From positions 55,244,001 to 55,308,000 of the forward strand of contig CM052816.1 of NCBI GenBank assembly GCA_028534125.1: 64,000 nt of DNA. The letters are read 5' to 3'. This stretch comes from Lama glama. Its lineage: Eukaryota. Below the pieces are notes generated by a model. It was not told the DNA's origin and did not search any database. It worked only from the letters and a program-made list of their open reading frames with translations. Below, in pieces: positions 24,901 to 36,200 of this stretch; position 1 is the stretch's first letter; the number at the start of each line of letters is the position of its first letter. The position numbers were made by a program, and so were the translations under genes.

Positions 24901-25939
24901 CTCAGCCCCTCCCCAACCGCCCCCGAGCGCCTGAGGTCCCCGTACAAATGCTCTGGGTTGGGCATCTGCGGCGGGGTGCCTGCTGCCCCCCTGCCAAGTT
25001 CATCACCAAATTCCGCAGTCCTAGTCGGCCCAGACCCGGGTGGCCCCCTCTGCACGCTGGAGAAGTCTTCCCAGTTCTAGAACAGAGGCGGAGGGGAAAG
25101 AGCCCGCCAAGAGAAAGGGGTAAAGTGTTTGGGTGATCGCCTCCACCAGCCTTCATTACCACCTGAAATTACCTCACTAATTAGTCTGTTTACGCGTCAT
25201 GGCCCCTCTCCCAGCTGAGCCTAACCGGTGGGTCTATATTGCGGCGCCTGGCGCACAGTAGGCGCTCAATAGGTTTTTGGTGGATGGAGGCATAATGTAG
25301 TGAAGTACAAACACTTAGAAACAGCCCTGCAGGTTTTCGTGCTCTCCACCCCTCGCTTGTTCTTGCGAAGACACTAAACAGGGGCTTCGGGGATTTATGT
25401 GGAATAGTTTTTAAATCTCCGATGTTTCTTTTAGGCTCCGGCAGCGCCTACTGCGGCTGCCTCCGCTCTCCCGCCACTCGCATGTCTGCAGAGGGATCCC
25501 CGCCTAAAAGTTGAGCCCAAGGCTGGGTTGGGGGCCAGGGTTTCGGAGCTGCTCGTTTTGAATCAACCTCCCCCTGCCCGTCGAACCACGCAAGCAAAGG
25601 ACCGTGGAGGTCCCCGCAGAAGGCGGGCGCGGTCCCCTTAACCAGGCGGCTGCCCACCTGCCTCCCCAAGGAATCTGGGATAAAGCGCGCCCGCATACCC
25701 TGACCCACCCCAGGCAAACCGGGCTCACTGCATCTGCTCTCCCCTTACTTCCAAGGTCCCGCTACAGAAAAGGCGCCCGGCCAGACCGGGCAGCACCTGG
25801 CACCTGCAATCACTTCCCTGTGGGCAAGTGGGGCAAAGTTGCTCTTCTAAAAGGCTACAAAAAGTTCCCCAGGCTGCTGCGCCCGGCGTCCGGGTCGGGA
25901 AGGGAAATCCCCCCACGGCTGCCGGGGTCACTCACTCAC

Positions 25940-26220
25940 CGCTCCAGCCGCCGGGGACCCCCTGCCTTCGCAGCTTCTGCCGCGGCCGCGCGGGCGTCGC
26001 TCGGACTCGCTCCCCGGGGCCGCCTCCGTCTGCCACTCTCTCCTGCAGCGCACGGAGTGGTGACTCCTCCGAGCGTGTCAGCGGCGAAAGGAGGGGCGCG
26101 AAAGTGGCTCCCGGCTTGCACGCTGCGGTCCTCCGCCGCCGCCGCCTCGCCTCCTCCCCCCGGCGCTGCAGTGCCGCGCGGCGGCGTGGCGAGAGTACGA
26201 GCCGCGCGCAGGGAGGGAGT
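25940..26220 (-). other. SGMS1: Non-coding first exon (probable SGMS1 exon 1); transcription start approximate
   Basis: Strong donor GCG|GTGAGTGAG at 25940/25939; no AUG on the minus strand; GC-box, CRE-like and ETS motifs directly upstream. ggaggaccgcagcgtgcaagccgggagccacttt matches my recollection of the SGMS1 mRNA 5' end. Confidence 0.65.
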
Positions 26221-26262
26221 CACGGCGCGCGGGGGAGGCGGGAGCCGCGCACGACTCCGTGC

Positions 26263-26286
26263 GGGGCGGGCTGACGTCCGGGAAGT
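26263..26286. promoter_or_regulatory. Core promoter motif cluster: GC box, CRE-like, ETS
   Basis: GGGGCGGG 26263-26270, TGACGTC 26272-26278, GGAAGT 26281-26286; no TATA box seen. Confidence 0.6.
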
Positions 26287-27230
26287 CGGGGTGCGAGGCG
26301 CGGCAGTGGTGCGGGATGGGGGCAGCTGGGGCCACCCTCAAGTCGCAGGTACTTCTGGAGAAGTCAGGGCTCCGAGTTCGCAGCAGGAGGAAGGAAAGGG
26401 CAGCAGTCTTTAATTAGTCACAGGGTGTGACTCTGCGTTGCGCACCTGGGGGCGGCGCCCGGGTCTGGTCCCGCGGGACAGCAAGGAATTCTGAATGGTG
26501 GACCCGGCTGGCGCCAGGGGAATAAGAATTTGCCTCCTATTTCTGGGCCTGGGACTGATCTATTAACTTTGATTTGGCTTCCAGGGAGCCGCCAGGCCGG
26601 GCTAGGAAGCCCATTCCCCCATGGCCACCCCAACGCTGACTTTCAAGTCAAGGCGAAGCTTGGGGCGCAGCAGGAGTAAACAGGAGGAAACTTTGCCGGG
26701 CGCCGGGGGTCACCCCAACGGCAGATAGGGCCAGACAACAGGACTCACAGGCAGACGTTGGAAATGGCCTTTTGCGGGGGAAACCTCTCTCTCTCTCTCT
26801 CAAAACACGCTAATTTTGTTTGTATTTTCAGAAACATTTAGCCCCTTGGCGTACTGGAGACCCCAGCTCGAGCTTCCTCGTTTCAAAGCGGCGGGGTCCG
26901 GTGGCTCGGGAGAAACCTGCGCCGGCGAGGCCACACCCAAAGCTGGCGCAGCCACCCTACAGCGGCGAGGGAGAGCGTCGTCTCCCGCCGGCCTCCGGCC
27001 GCCACCCCTTCCCCCTCCCCAACCTCACCCCACACCTCCTGTGCTGCCACCTAGACGCTGCGGAAGGTGGGCTTCCCTTAGTCCCGGACCCACTCGTCTC
27101 CGCGCTCACAAGGAACCAGTGCCGGGTTGGAAGCCCCGCGCAGGCAGGTGTCTTCCCCCATCACTGCTCCGGTGATGGGTGACCCGAAGCGAGACAAAGC
27201 ACAGCGCCTATGCAGGCTGCTGGGGGTGGA

Positions 27231-27235
<5 letters not shown>

Positions 27236-27279
<44 letters not shown>
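27236..27279. repeat. (CA)22 microsatellite
   Basis: Perfect dinucleotide run. Confidence 0.99.
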
Positions 27280-27281
<2 letters not shown>

Positions 27282-29179
27282 TTGCCAATGTGTTCGTGTA
27301 AATATCCCTGGACGATTGATTGAATGGATGGATGTATGGATATGAATGTAAGTATTACATGTACATGTGCCAGGAAGGGGAGATAGCCAGCACCCCAGGC
27401 AGCCTCCTGCCCAGAGAGACTCGTGGGGATGAGGCGGCTCACCCGGAGCGGTGCTGTAACGCAAGCTTTCCAGCTTGATTGGTGCCACTATGCCTGATAC
27501 TGTGGAGGGAAGAAAACAGAGACAAGCCTTGGCCTGTAACTTTCCCTTCTCTCCACCTCAGACGCTCTAGAATGTAAATTATGATCCCCGAGTCCCACTG
27601 AACCTACGCTGGCTGCACTGGTATTTGAAAACCGGCCTGGGTCTTGTTCAAAAAGGCTTTGCAGTTTGCAACCATATGTGGTGCTAAAAAGTGGTCAGGA
27701 AATATGAAAATCAGGGAACATGCTCATTTGCATTTCCTGGATCCTTCTACATTAACAAATTATTTAAATTAAATATGTAGGCTAAAATTATTTTGTTGTT
27801 ACCATGAGAAGGAAAACACCCCATGGGAATACCTATAAATCCAGCATTGGAAATGAAATTGTGAAACTTTAAAAAGTCATAAATCCTATCCAGATTGCTT
27901 ACTTATTACATACAAAATTTTGAGCTCTCAATTGCAAAATGTGCTAGTAATTCATTGGGTTCCCAGGTGGATACCCTCTTGAGAACTTCCCCCCGAATGT
28001 CACAACGTAATGGATTGTTTCTCCAGTGATTTAAGTTCAGAAAACCAAGTAACACCTTAAAAATGATCCACGTGCTCTGTACTATTCTCTCTCTCCCTTA
28101 AATCATTCCCCTGTGCTGTCCATGGAAGATGTTTAGAGAAGTATATAAATTTTTCTTGCTGCTGAGTTTCCATGTCTTGATGCACTTGAAGATAACAGCT
28201 CCTAGAGGAAAATTCCTGCTTATGTGTTGCAGGAAATGTCCGATTTAAGACCAGGTAGTGTTGAGGAGGGTGTTTAAAGGTTGTGACTCTGGAGCTCAGC
28301 ACACATTTCCTCACGGTGATGTTATTAGGCATAGGCTCCTCAGCTTGCCCTCCAGAACCTCTCTCATTCTAGGGCCCCACCTGGTGCACCCCTTGGGCCC
28401 CAAGCCTATTGGATCCAGCATTCAGAACAGTCTTCTTCATACCTTCAGTGTATGACATGTTTCTCCCCTAAAACACTTGTGGGAGCTGATGGAGGGTAAA
28501 GGGGGACACCTGCCCTGTCCCCATAAAATCCCAGTGTTCTAAAGTCCCTACTCACCTATAAATCAGGAATTTACTCCCCAGTGCAGTGTGTGCTTGTGAT
28601 GCCAGAAAGCACACCATTAAAGACACCAAAGGAGTATCCAAGATCTGTCCTCACGTCCACAAAGTGGTTTCAATAAAAATAATCCACACGAAGTACAGAT
28701 GCCATGGTGATTAAATCTGATAACATACTCAAGAAGCACAGTGCCTAGCACATAGCACAGAATGAACATTAGTTCCCCTTCCCCCTTTAGGAGCCAGAGT
28801 GAGGTTTTTCTAAAGGCTGTGCCATGGAGCAGTAGTCCTGTAAGATAGGTCTACAAGCTCAGAGTAACAACCAGCTTCAGAACAGGGGTCGAGAAAGAGC
28901 CTCATACACGTGGACCAAGGCCACACCTCTCCAGTTCTCCCTACTTCTGTCATCCAGGATCCAGAGCGAGGCACCACCCCCCCACCCTTCTCACCCCCAA
29001 TGCTCACAGCTTTCCCAACACTCTGTGTCTTGACTTCTCATTAAGTCCTTAATGCCTATTTGTATCAGTTACCACAAGCAGCCCTGGAATCTCAAGTGCC
29101 TTTCTCACCCCTACATTCTAATGCTCATATGGCTCAGCACATAGTACATTTTGTCCCTTTCTCTCTATGCAAGTCCTGA

Positions 29180-29640
29180 AACCCTAGGTCTAGGCCTTCT
29201 GGGATGCACAATCCACCATTAGCAAAATGCCCTTTATCCTCAGCCCCTTCTCTGAGTCTTCCCTTCACGTCCTGCTCTCTTGGAAGCCTGGTTCTCCCCA
29301 CAGGAGGCTGCTCGCCCCCACAGGAGGCTGCTCCCCCACAGCCCTCTCAAGCGACGGCTGTTTTCCCTCTCCAGTTCTCCTGTCACTGTCAGGAGGTAGA
29401 AAGGTGATGTCCTTCTTGTTCCTCATTGCATCTTCCAGAACATTCTTCATCCCTTCTCCCTCAAACCTGCAGCTTTGAATCTCACCCCATCACGTTATTT
29501 CACCCACAACTTTAAAAGGTTACTGTCATGCTCAGAACTCCAAGTCACTCTGCACTTTTCCTGACAATTTTAGCTCCTGACTCCAGCTCACACCTTAAAC
29601 ATTAATCCAGCCTTAATCCTTCCAAATACACACACAGATG
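29180..29640 (+). mobile_element. L2 internal (endonuclease-region) remnant
   Basis: gaagcctggttctcccc...cagccctctcaagcgacggctg...gctttgaatctca...ttttagctcctgactc resemble L2 ORF2 5' sequence. Confidence 0.6.
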
Positions 29641-30111
29641 TTCATTCCAGCCAGTACTACTCTGAGTCCTGAGCAAGCAAGGACCCTGTGCTTTAGAATG
29701 CTTTACTTCAAAGTAAAAAACTTCCAAATTTTCATTAAACTACGAAGTCAGTTTAATAATGGGCTGGTTATTTTCCAGGGCATTGGCAGAAGGAAGTGCA
29801 CGTACTTTGTGGAGGAGCCCTCCTTCCTCCTAAACTTCAAAAAAATTCCCTCAAATAAGTTTTTAATGAAACTTAGAAGCACACAACTGAACACACAAGG
29901 AAAGATGACACCATGAGGGAGAGCCAGCAGATGTAACAGAAGAAACTTCAGTCCTTCTTTAAGAAAAGATTTCACAAGTTGTAATTATTGGTCACAATTC
30001 TTATTTTACTTGAAGAAAAATAAAAGAGAAGGTTAAAAATAGTGGCAATCAATACGAAGCTATAAGGAATGACCAATCCTATCTGAAAAGGCACCAAATT
30101 GACCTTCTATT

Positions 30112-31444
30112 CAACTCTGCTGGTTGCCTTACCAACACCCAATCCAACTTTCACACACATATACACATCTTACTCCCTCCTTAGAGAACCCTGATTTTAT
30201 TGAGGGGTCGGCCATTTTTTAATTGCACACATATTTAACAACACAGTTTTATGCAGAATACTAAGCACTTTTCTTCATATTTTACAGAAGGGCTTAAAAT
30301 AATATGGATCTTCTAGTAAAATTCATACTTTTCCACAATCAGCTCTAACTCCTAAATAGGCGGATTGTAATTATTTTATTTTTAATTGAAGAATATGAAA
30401 AGGTGGATTATAATTTGTGTAGAGTTTAAAGCCTTAATGGCAGTAGTCATTATTATGATTAATAATAAGACTGAAAAGTAAATCCAAGAAACAATAAATA
30501 CAATTTTATATGGTCTCATGCGTCCTGAAGGAGGTGGTACCCGAGTTGGAGGACTTTTTTGCTATGTCCAAACAACCAAGTATGTGGAACTTCAGTGACT
30601 ACAGCTTCATGAATCCTAAGACCCCTTCCTGCTAGACGTATGGTACCAATCTTCACTTGATGGCCAGGTCTTTTAAGATCTCTAAAAACTATTACAAAAT
30701 TGAAGTTTATGCCTCTCTTTCTAGCTTCTGGGTAAACTTCTTTTACTAAACTAGTCAATACTTTCAAGGCTACATGCATTCAAGTATAGATCTGCAGCTT
30801 GCTGGACCTCAGAAGAACGCGCTCAGTCCACTCTGCCATTATTGGTGGTGAAGTCCTAAAGGGGCAGAGGCCAGCATGTCTTCCACCGGTGACTCCACCA
30901 CCTTCTTCTTCCTGCTGCCAGCAAGATGCTCCCTCTGACCTCTGACCCCTGCAGTAAGCCATCATCAACCACTTTTCACATGGCCACGTGCTTTAGGGAT
31001 TGGCCTCAGTACATCTGAATTGGTCCAAACCAGTCATGTAATCCCATTCCAGTGATTGGTATGGGGGCATAGACATGTTACACAGTTCTGGCCAATAACG
31101 TGTGAAGGGAACACTTCTAAAGAGCTTTTGGGAATGGTTTCCTCATTTCTGAAAATACAAATGAAGAACAAAAGATTCATTTCTGTTTTTAGATATTATC
31201 ATGCCAAATTGTGACATTTAAAACTTCTACAAGTGTCCTGTAGTCATGCAGGGGTGGTCATCCAATGACAAAACACATGAAAGATGTTAAGAGCCAAGTG
31301 AATTTCAGAGAAGTTGAGCCAGAGCCCTGTACCACACCTGGAACAGCCCTATCTCTGTTGTGCAGTAATAAATTTCCTTATTTTTAAGAAAGCACTTCAA
31401 GTTACAATCTTTTCCTCGCAGCTGAAAGCATGCTTATGCTTACA
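30112..31444 (+). mobile_element. MLT1 (J/K-like) LTR, split by the SAP18 retrocopy
   Basis: 5' part ggttgccttaccaacac...agaaccctgatttt (30112-30214). 3' part ttggtccaaaccagtcatg...cagttctggccaat...aataaatttcctt...gcagctgaaagcat (30964-31444). Confidence 0.75.
30215..30963 (-). pseudogene. SAP18: SAP18 (Sin3A-associated protein 18) processed pseudogene, disabled
   Basis: Translates to SSKLQIYT*MHVALKVLTSLVKEVYPEARKRGINFNFVIVFRDLKRPGHQVK and PPTRVPPPSGRMRPY, versus SAP18 SSELQIYTWMDATLKELTSLVKEVYPEARKKGTHFNFAIVF...PPPSGRMRPY. Intronless; Trp>stop at 30780-30782; frameshifts; ~290 nt 3'UTR-like tail ending in a short A tract. Confidence 0.95.
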
Positions 31445-32119
31445 CTCTGCCCAACTCTAAAAGAGTACCTGGCACATGGTAGATTCTCCACAAATGCCTA
31501 CTGATTTAAATTGAGCTGGGTGTCAAGTTCATTTCTATTGAGAAAACAAGAAGGATGTCTCCATCTGTTGGTCCCTCAGTCATAGATTGTGTTTGGCAAA
31601 CATTTGCTTAAAGCCAGAATGGCTTCGGGATCTTAACAAGCAAAATGGAAACTTCAGGAGTCCAGATGGAAGGCTGAAAATGAAAAAAAAATTAGTTCAA
31701 TGAAAGCTCAGATCTGGAAGAATCTTCTGTTCAGATTGCCAGGGAAGGAGCTGCCCCAGGCAGGGCCAGAAAGAGAAGAGCTGAAGAGGTCTCTAGCCTC
31801 CTCTGGTGGCTCAGAGGGGTAGGCAGCGTGTCACTTAGGCACGCTTAGGGGAGGGTGGATATGGGGAAGGGAGTGGAAATGCCCACAAGAGACTTCCCTT
31901 GGTAAAAAGAGGCAGAATTTAATGTCTGAAAAACTTTCCTGCTAAGGAGGAGAGAGAAAAATTAAAGGAAGCTGTAAGCTGTTCAGAGCTGTACCCTGGG
32001 TATCCTCTGTGGGCCAGTGACCCCGCTAAGCAGTTTGTTCCCATATGTATCCCTTATGTATCGTCTAGAATAAAGATTCGTCACTCAGAAAATGTTTAGC
32101 CTCATTGTATGTGACTACT

Positions 32120-32728
32120 GGTAAGACATAGTGGGGAGGTTGTGTTCCTGATGTCTCAGTCCCAGGAAGAGGATCCTCTGATACCCAAACAGGGGTAGAG
32201 AAAATGGGGGCCACCTCACACAACAGTGTGGTGTCCCAGCCATTGATTTGGAGACACCCAGCAGAAGCACTGCTGTGAGTAGGCAACTTGCCTGCTCCAA
32301 ATTGCTCTCAATGACTGCATAGTGCCTTGGAATGAAGTGCAAATGCCTCAACCTGTCCCTGTGTCTCCTGTCAATTCCCACCACAGAGCCTTCAGCACAG
32401 AGCAGGCACGGAATGACAAGGCGGCCAGGATGACTCGGCCAGTCTCTGACCTCAGCCACGCCAGTGCTTGCACAATGGGCCTGTGAACCCTCAGCCAATG
32501 AGGGGTGGGAATCAAGGGGTGTATATTTCAATTGTCTTGCCTCATGAGGAACAATTCTGAGGACTGTTCTGTACAGCAGGATAGCGCCCAGGTACCCAGA
32601 GTGGTACCCAACAATTTACTGACTTTCTTCCCTTCTTTATCTGACTCCCCCACCTGCTCACTGCATTTTATGGGATCATCTCTCCTGTAAACCACACGTA
32701 CTTACACCCTAACCCCACACTAAGACAA
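32120..32728 (+). mobile_element. LTR16-like ERVL LTR / ERVL remnant
   Basis: ccctcagccaatgaggggtggga, acaattctgagg, ending ctaagaca. Confidence 0.5.
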
Positions 32729-32814
32729 TGGGCTATGCAAAGCCAGCCATAATCAGCCCCACACTCTGTCAGCTGTTAGGTTCAACTGCACTGATGGCCG
32801 TCATCACTTACCAG

Positions 32815-33252
32815 TGTAACCGAGCAGGACCCTTACGGGGCCTTCCTGGGACAGACCGCTCCCCCATACCCTCTGCTATAGCTCCCCTCTGAAGGACCCA
32901 GGTAAAAGTACCTCGTGCATATATCCTGAGTTTTTCAGGTACTGAAAACTACCACCAAATGTAAGAAATTAACTGCTTTATGATTGTAAGCACGTGGTCC
33001 CAGACTTGTGCCTAAAGATTGATAGTGTTGACTGCCTTGTTACCTCAACATCAACCAATCAGAGAACTGCATGAGCTGATCACATACATGGGAAGTTTGG
33101 GGTTTTCTTGGGCATGACTCCCCCTCCCAGCCCCTACTCCCTGTTCTCCTTGCTCAGACCTGCAATAAAGCTTTCTCTGCTGCAAACTCTGACATTTCGG
33201 TTTGTTTGGCCTCACGTGTGCGTCCGGCACATGAACTTGCCTTCAGTTAACA
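32815..33252 (+). mobile_element. ERV1-class solo LTR, 438 bp, well preserved
   Basis: TGTAAC...GTTAACA termini; perfect 4-bp TSD CCAG (32811-32814, 33253-33256); CCAAT near 33055; AATAAA at 33164-33169. Confidence 0.9.
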
Positions 33253-36200
33253 CCAGCTTGGTTGTCAGTAATTCTGCCTCATTTCCTACAGCACCACAAA
33301 CTTTAGAAAGCCCACAAACTCCGAACACAATGCCTTCTACATGAGAGGTGCCAAATACAAATGTTGAATAACTGTTCAAACATTTCATTAACCTTTTATA
33401 TTTCTTCTTGAACTACTCTTTCCAATGTGAGACTTATCCGGGGTCTTTCCAGATGAGGGAATGACAGCTTCAAATTCTGCAATGCCTTCTTTGTAGGAGT
33501 AAGAACACCACCATACCCTGAGAAACATCTAGCATCCCTACAGTTTTAATGTGATTTAAAATTGAAAACAAACAAACAAACAAACAAACCACAGCTGCCC
33601 ACTTTGTGGCAAGAGTAATCTCTCTGAATATTTTTCTTTCAAAAATGCTCTGAGCTCTATAGCAAGGATTCTGGATCATGACTATCCAAGTGATTTATAG
33701 CTCAAATATGAATATTCCCATCGGGTCTTTCTCATTATCACTGGCTGGATTTTCCTTTTTAACATTTGACCACAAGTTTGTTAATACACTGAACTCTATT
33801 CAATTATTTTCCTGCTCAAGGGAGAATTATCATTTCCACGTTCAGAATTTGTCTTGCATAATCTTCCTGCTCCAAATTCGTGTTCTGACACTCAGCTTTT
33901 CCATTTTAATAATAGACATGCTGATTTCCCCATATGATCTAGCTATTAAAAATGCATGCAGTGTGCTTTCAGGAAGTTAGAGTCACTTCTATTTTTAGCA
34001 TAACCCATAGGTATTGGTGATGACCAACTCTGGGCCAAGAAGGACTTTTTATTTTAAGAGGCAGCAACACCATGAATGTTAATGATGGAAAATTTTGGTA
34101 TTAAGAGTTGATCTATTTCATGTTTTCTCTTTCTCTACACTTAGACTAAATCCATTGCTCACTGATACAAATATTTTTAAAACTATTCATTCTTTTGCTC
34201 CATTCCTAGTCCCAAGAAGAGTTTTCTGGGTGCCAAATTAGCCATTTCCTGCATAAAAGTACATCGTATATGAATATTAGATCTCCCCATGATACAGCTT
34301 GAACTCATTTCTGAATTTAGTGGCAGCCCAGAACCATAGGTGCTTTAATAACAGGGCCCAAGGGGTCAGGTAAAGCTTAATGTCTGTTCCCACACACTTC
34401 CAGCAGTTCTCTGCAAATCCCTGGGAGGTAGCTTCCCACCTTCATGAGTGATGCAAAGTCAAGTTAAGCTCATCCCAGACTACTGTCAATTTCAAGGGAG
34501 AGAAGAAGATGTCTCGTTTGGGCATTAAGACTAAGTGGTAGTTTATCAAAAGTTCAGTGTTTGGGATTGTGGGGCACTTGCCTGCTCCCGGAAGTGCTGG
34601 GGAAGAAGCTTCTTTCCACCCCCTTTCATTTACCTCACAAGAGGCAGAGTCAGGTTACTAGTGGGCGCCTTAGAAGTATGGTGGCTCCATCTTGCCCCTC
34701 TGACTCGCTACCTCGGATGTCACCTTCATGTTGTGAAATTCCTATTTCCAAAGGGTAGCTCATTTCTGAAGGCTTTCTGGGGATGTAGGCTCAGGTACTC
34801 CTTTGAAAAGACATTTGGCCCAGGATTTCCATTGCAGAGATCTCAAAAATACTTTTCTTTAAGTTATCCCAGAGGCAATGCAGAAGTGGTACAGTGAGAG
34901 GGCGTATTCCAGATCACTGGTTCTCAGAATGCTCAGTGAAGAGATTCCCTTGGCCTATTATCCAGACAGTTTAAGACAAAGAGATCATAAAACACAGTTT
35001 TCACAAGGTACCAGACGATGGCTGCAACCTAACACACAGATCAGATCTCATCTTGGTAAAATGCAATTTCCAAGGTCACCTCCCATGAGTCACTTTTCTA
35101 GAAGAAGATCAGACCCAGCACCCTGGGACAAAGAGCTTAGACATCAGTGGGAATGGTCAGTGGTCTTCAAGGAGACTGTGCTGAGATGGAATCCTGGAGA
35201 AGGCAGGCATTTGTATTCTTATTTGCAAAGGACATCAGGAAAGAAGAGACTGAAGTACAACCATCACAAGGTGCTATCTGTATCCTTGGTCTCAGGGACA
35301 GTAGACACTTGCCTGGCAGAACATGGCTTAGGCATGAGATCAAAGGCACGGATGCCTCTGTGGTGAGAGGTAAGGGAACCTCCTCTTCCTCTCACCTGGA
35401 AATACCTATGCACAAACAGGGCACTTGTTGATGATCCCTAGAGCAAGGGCAGCAAGTTGGCAGGACCCTGCTTAGAACATGGGCAGGTGGGCAGCAGAGA
35501 TCCAGTAAGAGATTAAGTTGGTGAAGTTTCCCAGGAACTCAGGGCACTATGCCTGGTCTTCTCTGCCAGGATGACAGAAGCCTAGAATCCTGGATGTGGG
35601 CTAGGGCCCTGGGGCCTTGGGCTGGCCCTGGATATGAGGCAAGACTAGATTCCAGGCTGCAGAAAATGAGGGGTGATTTGAGAGGCAGCTCCCAGGAATG
35701 CAGCCAAAGTGACAAGCCAGCAGACAGTACAACTGAGACAATGCTCCAAAGGGACTGCACAGAGCTAGAATCCAGGTACCAGGCCTATGACAGCACGGGG
35801 TCCACAAAACACAGAAAATGAAGCTGAGACTAACTTAGGTTCCCACTCTCACACCAGGCCAAAAAATAAAGTGCCAGATTGGAAGAAAAATGAGTCAGTC
35901 AGAGTTCCAGGAAGAAATGAAGAGCCAGGTCTGGGAAAGACAGGAGCTAGGAGATGGCTGATTTCTGAGAAGCTTCTTTCAAGGGTTCTATCTTTGGAAT
36001 GATTCAGCTGCCTCTGCCTTCAGTCCTCTGTGACTAGCCCGGGATTCTCGGGAGAGTCTGAGTGGGCCACTGAAGGACACGCTGACCAGGATCACAGGGA
36101 AGGTGAGACTCAACCATTTGGCAAAAGGAAAGTTGAATGCGGCTCTCAGAGGAACAGAGAGGCGGGGGTTCTGTGCAAGGCAAAACAAGAGATATCTACA

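Larger units (their letters stand above)
91..25939 (-). other. SGMS1: Intron 1 (~25.8 kb) of the minus-strand gene
   Basis: Bounded by GTGAGT donor (25939) and polypyrimidine-CAG acceptor (91); repeat-rich with no coding exons. Pairing of the two sites is inferred. Confidence 0.5.
24400..27200. promoter_or_regulatory. SGMS1: CpG island / promoter region
   Basis: Abrupt rise in GC content and undepleted CpG relative to flanks; densest at 24440-24900, 25900-26350 and 26870-27200. Confidence 0.95.

Noticed and set aside
25604..26413. 269-aa ORF and many overlapping ORFs across 24.4-27.5 kb
   Set aside because: A/R/G/P-rich frames open on both strands are the expected artefact of a stop-poor CpG island; the start is GTG and no domain is recognisable.
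30516..30968. Functional SAP18 gene or retrogene
   Set aside because: In-frame stop, frameshifts, internal deletion and mutated start codon.
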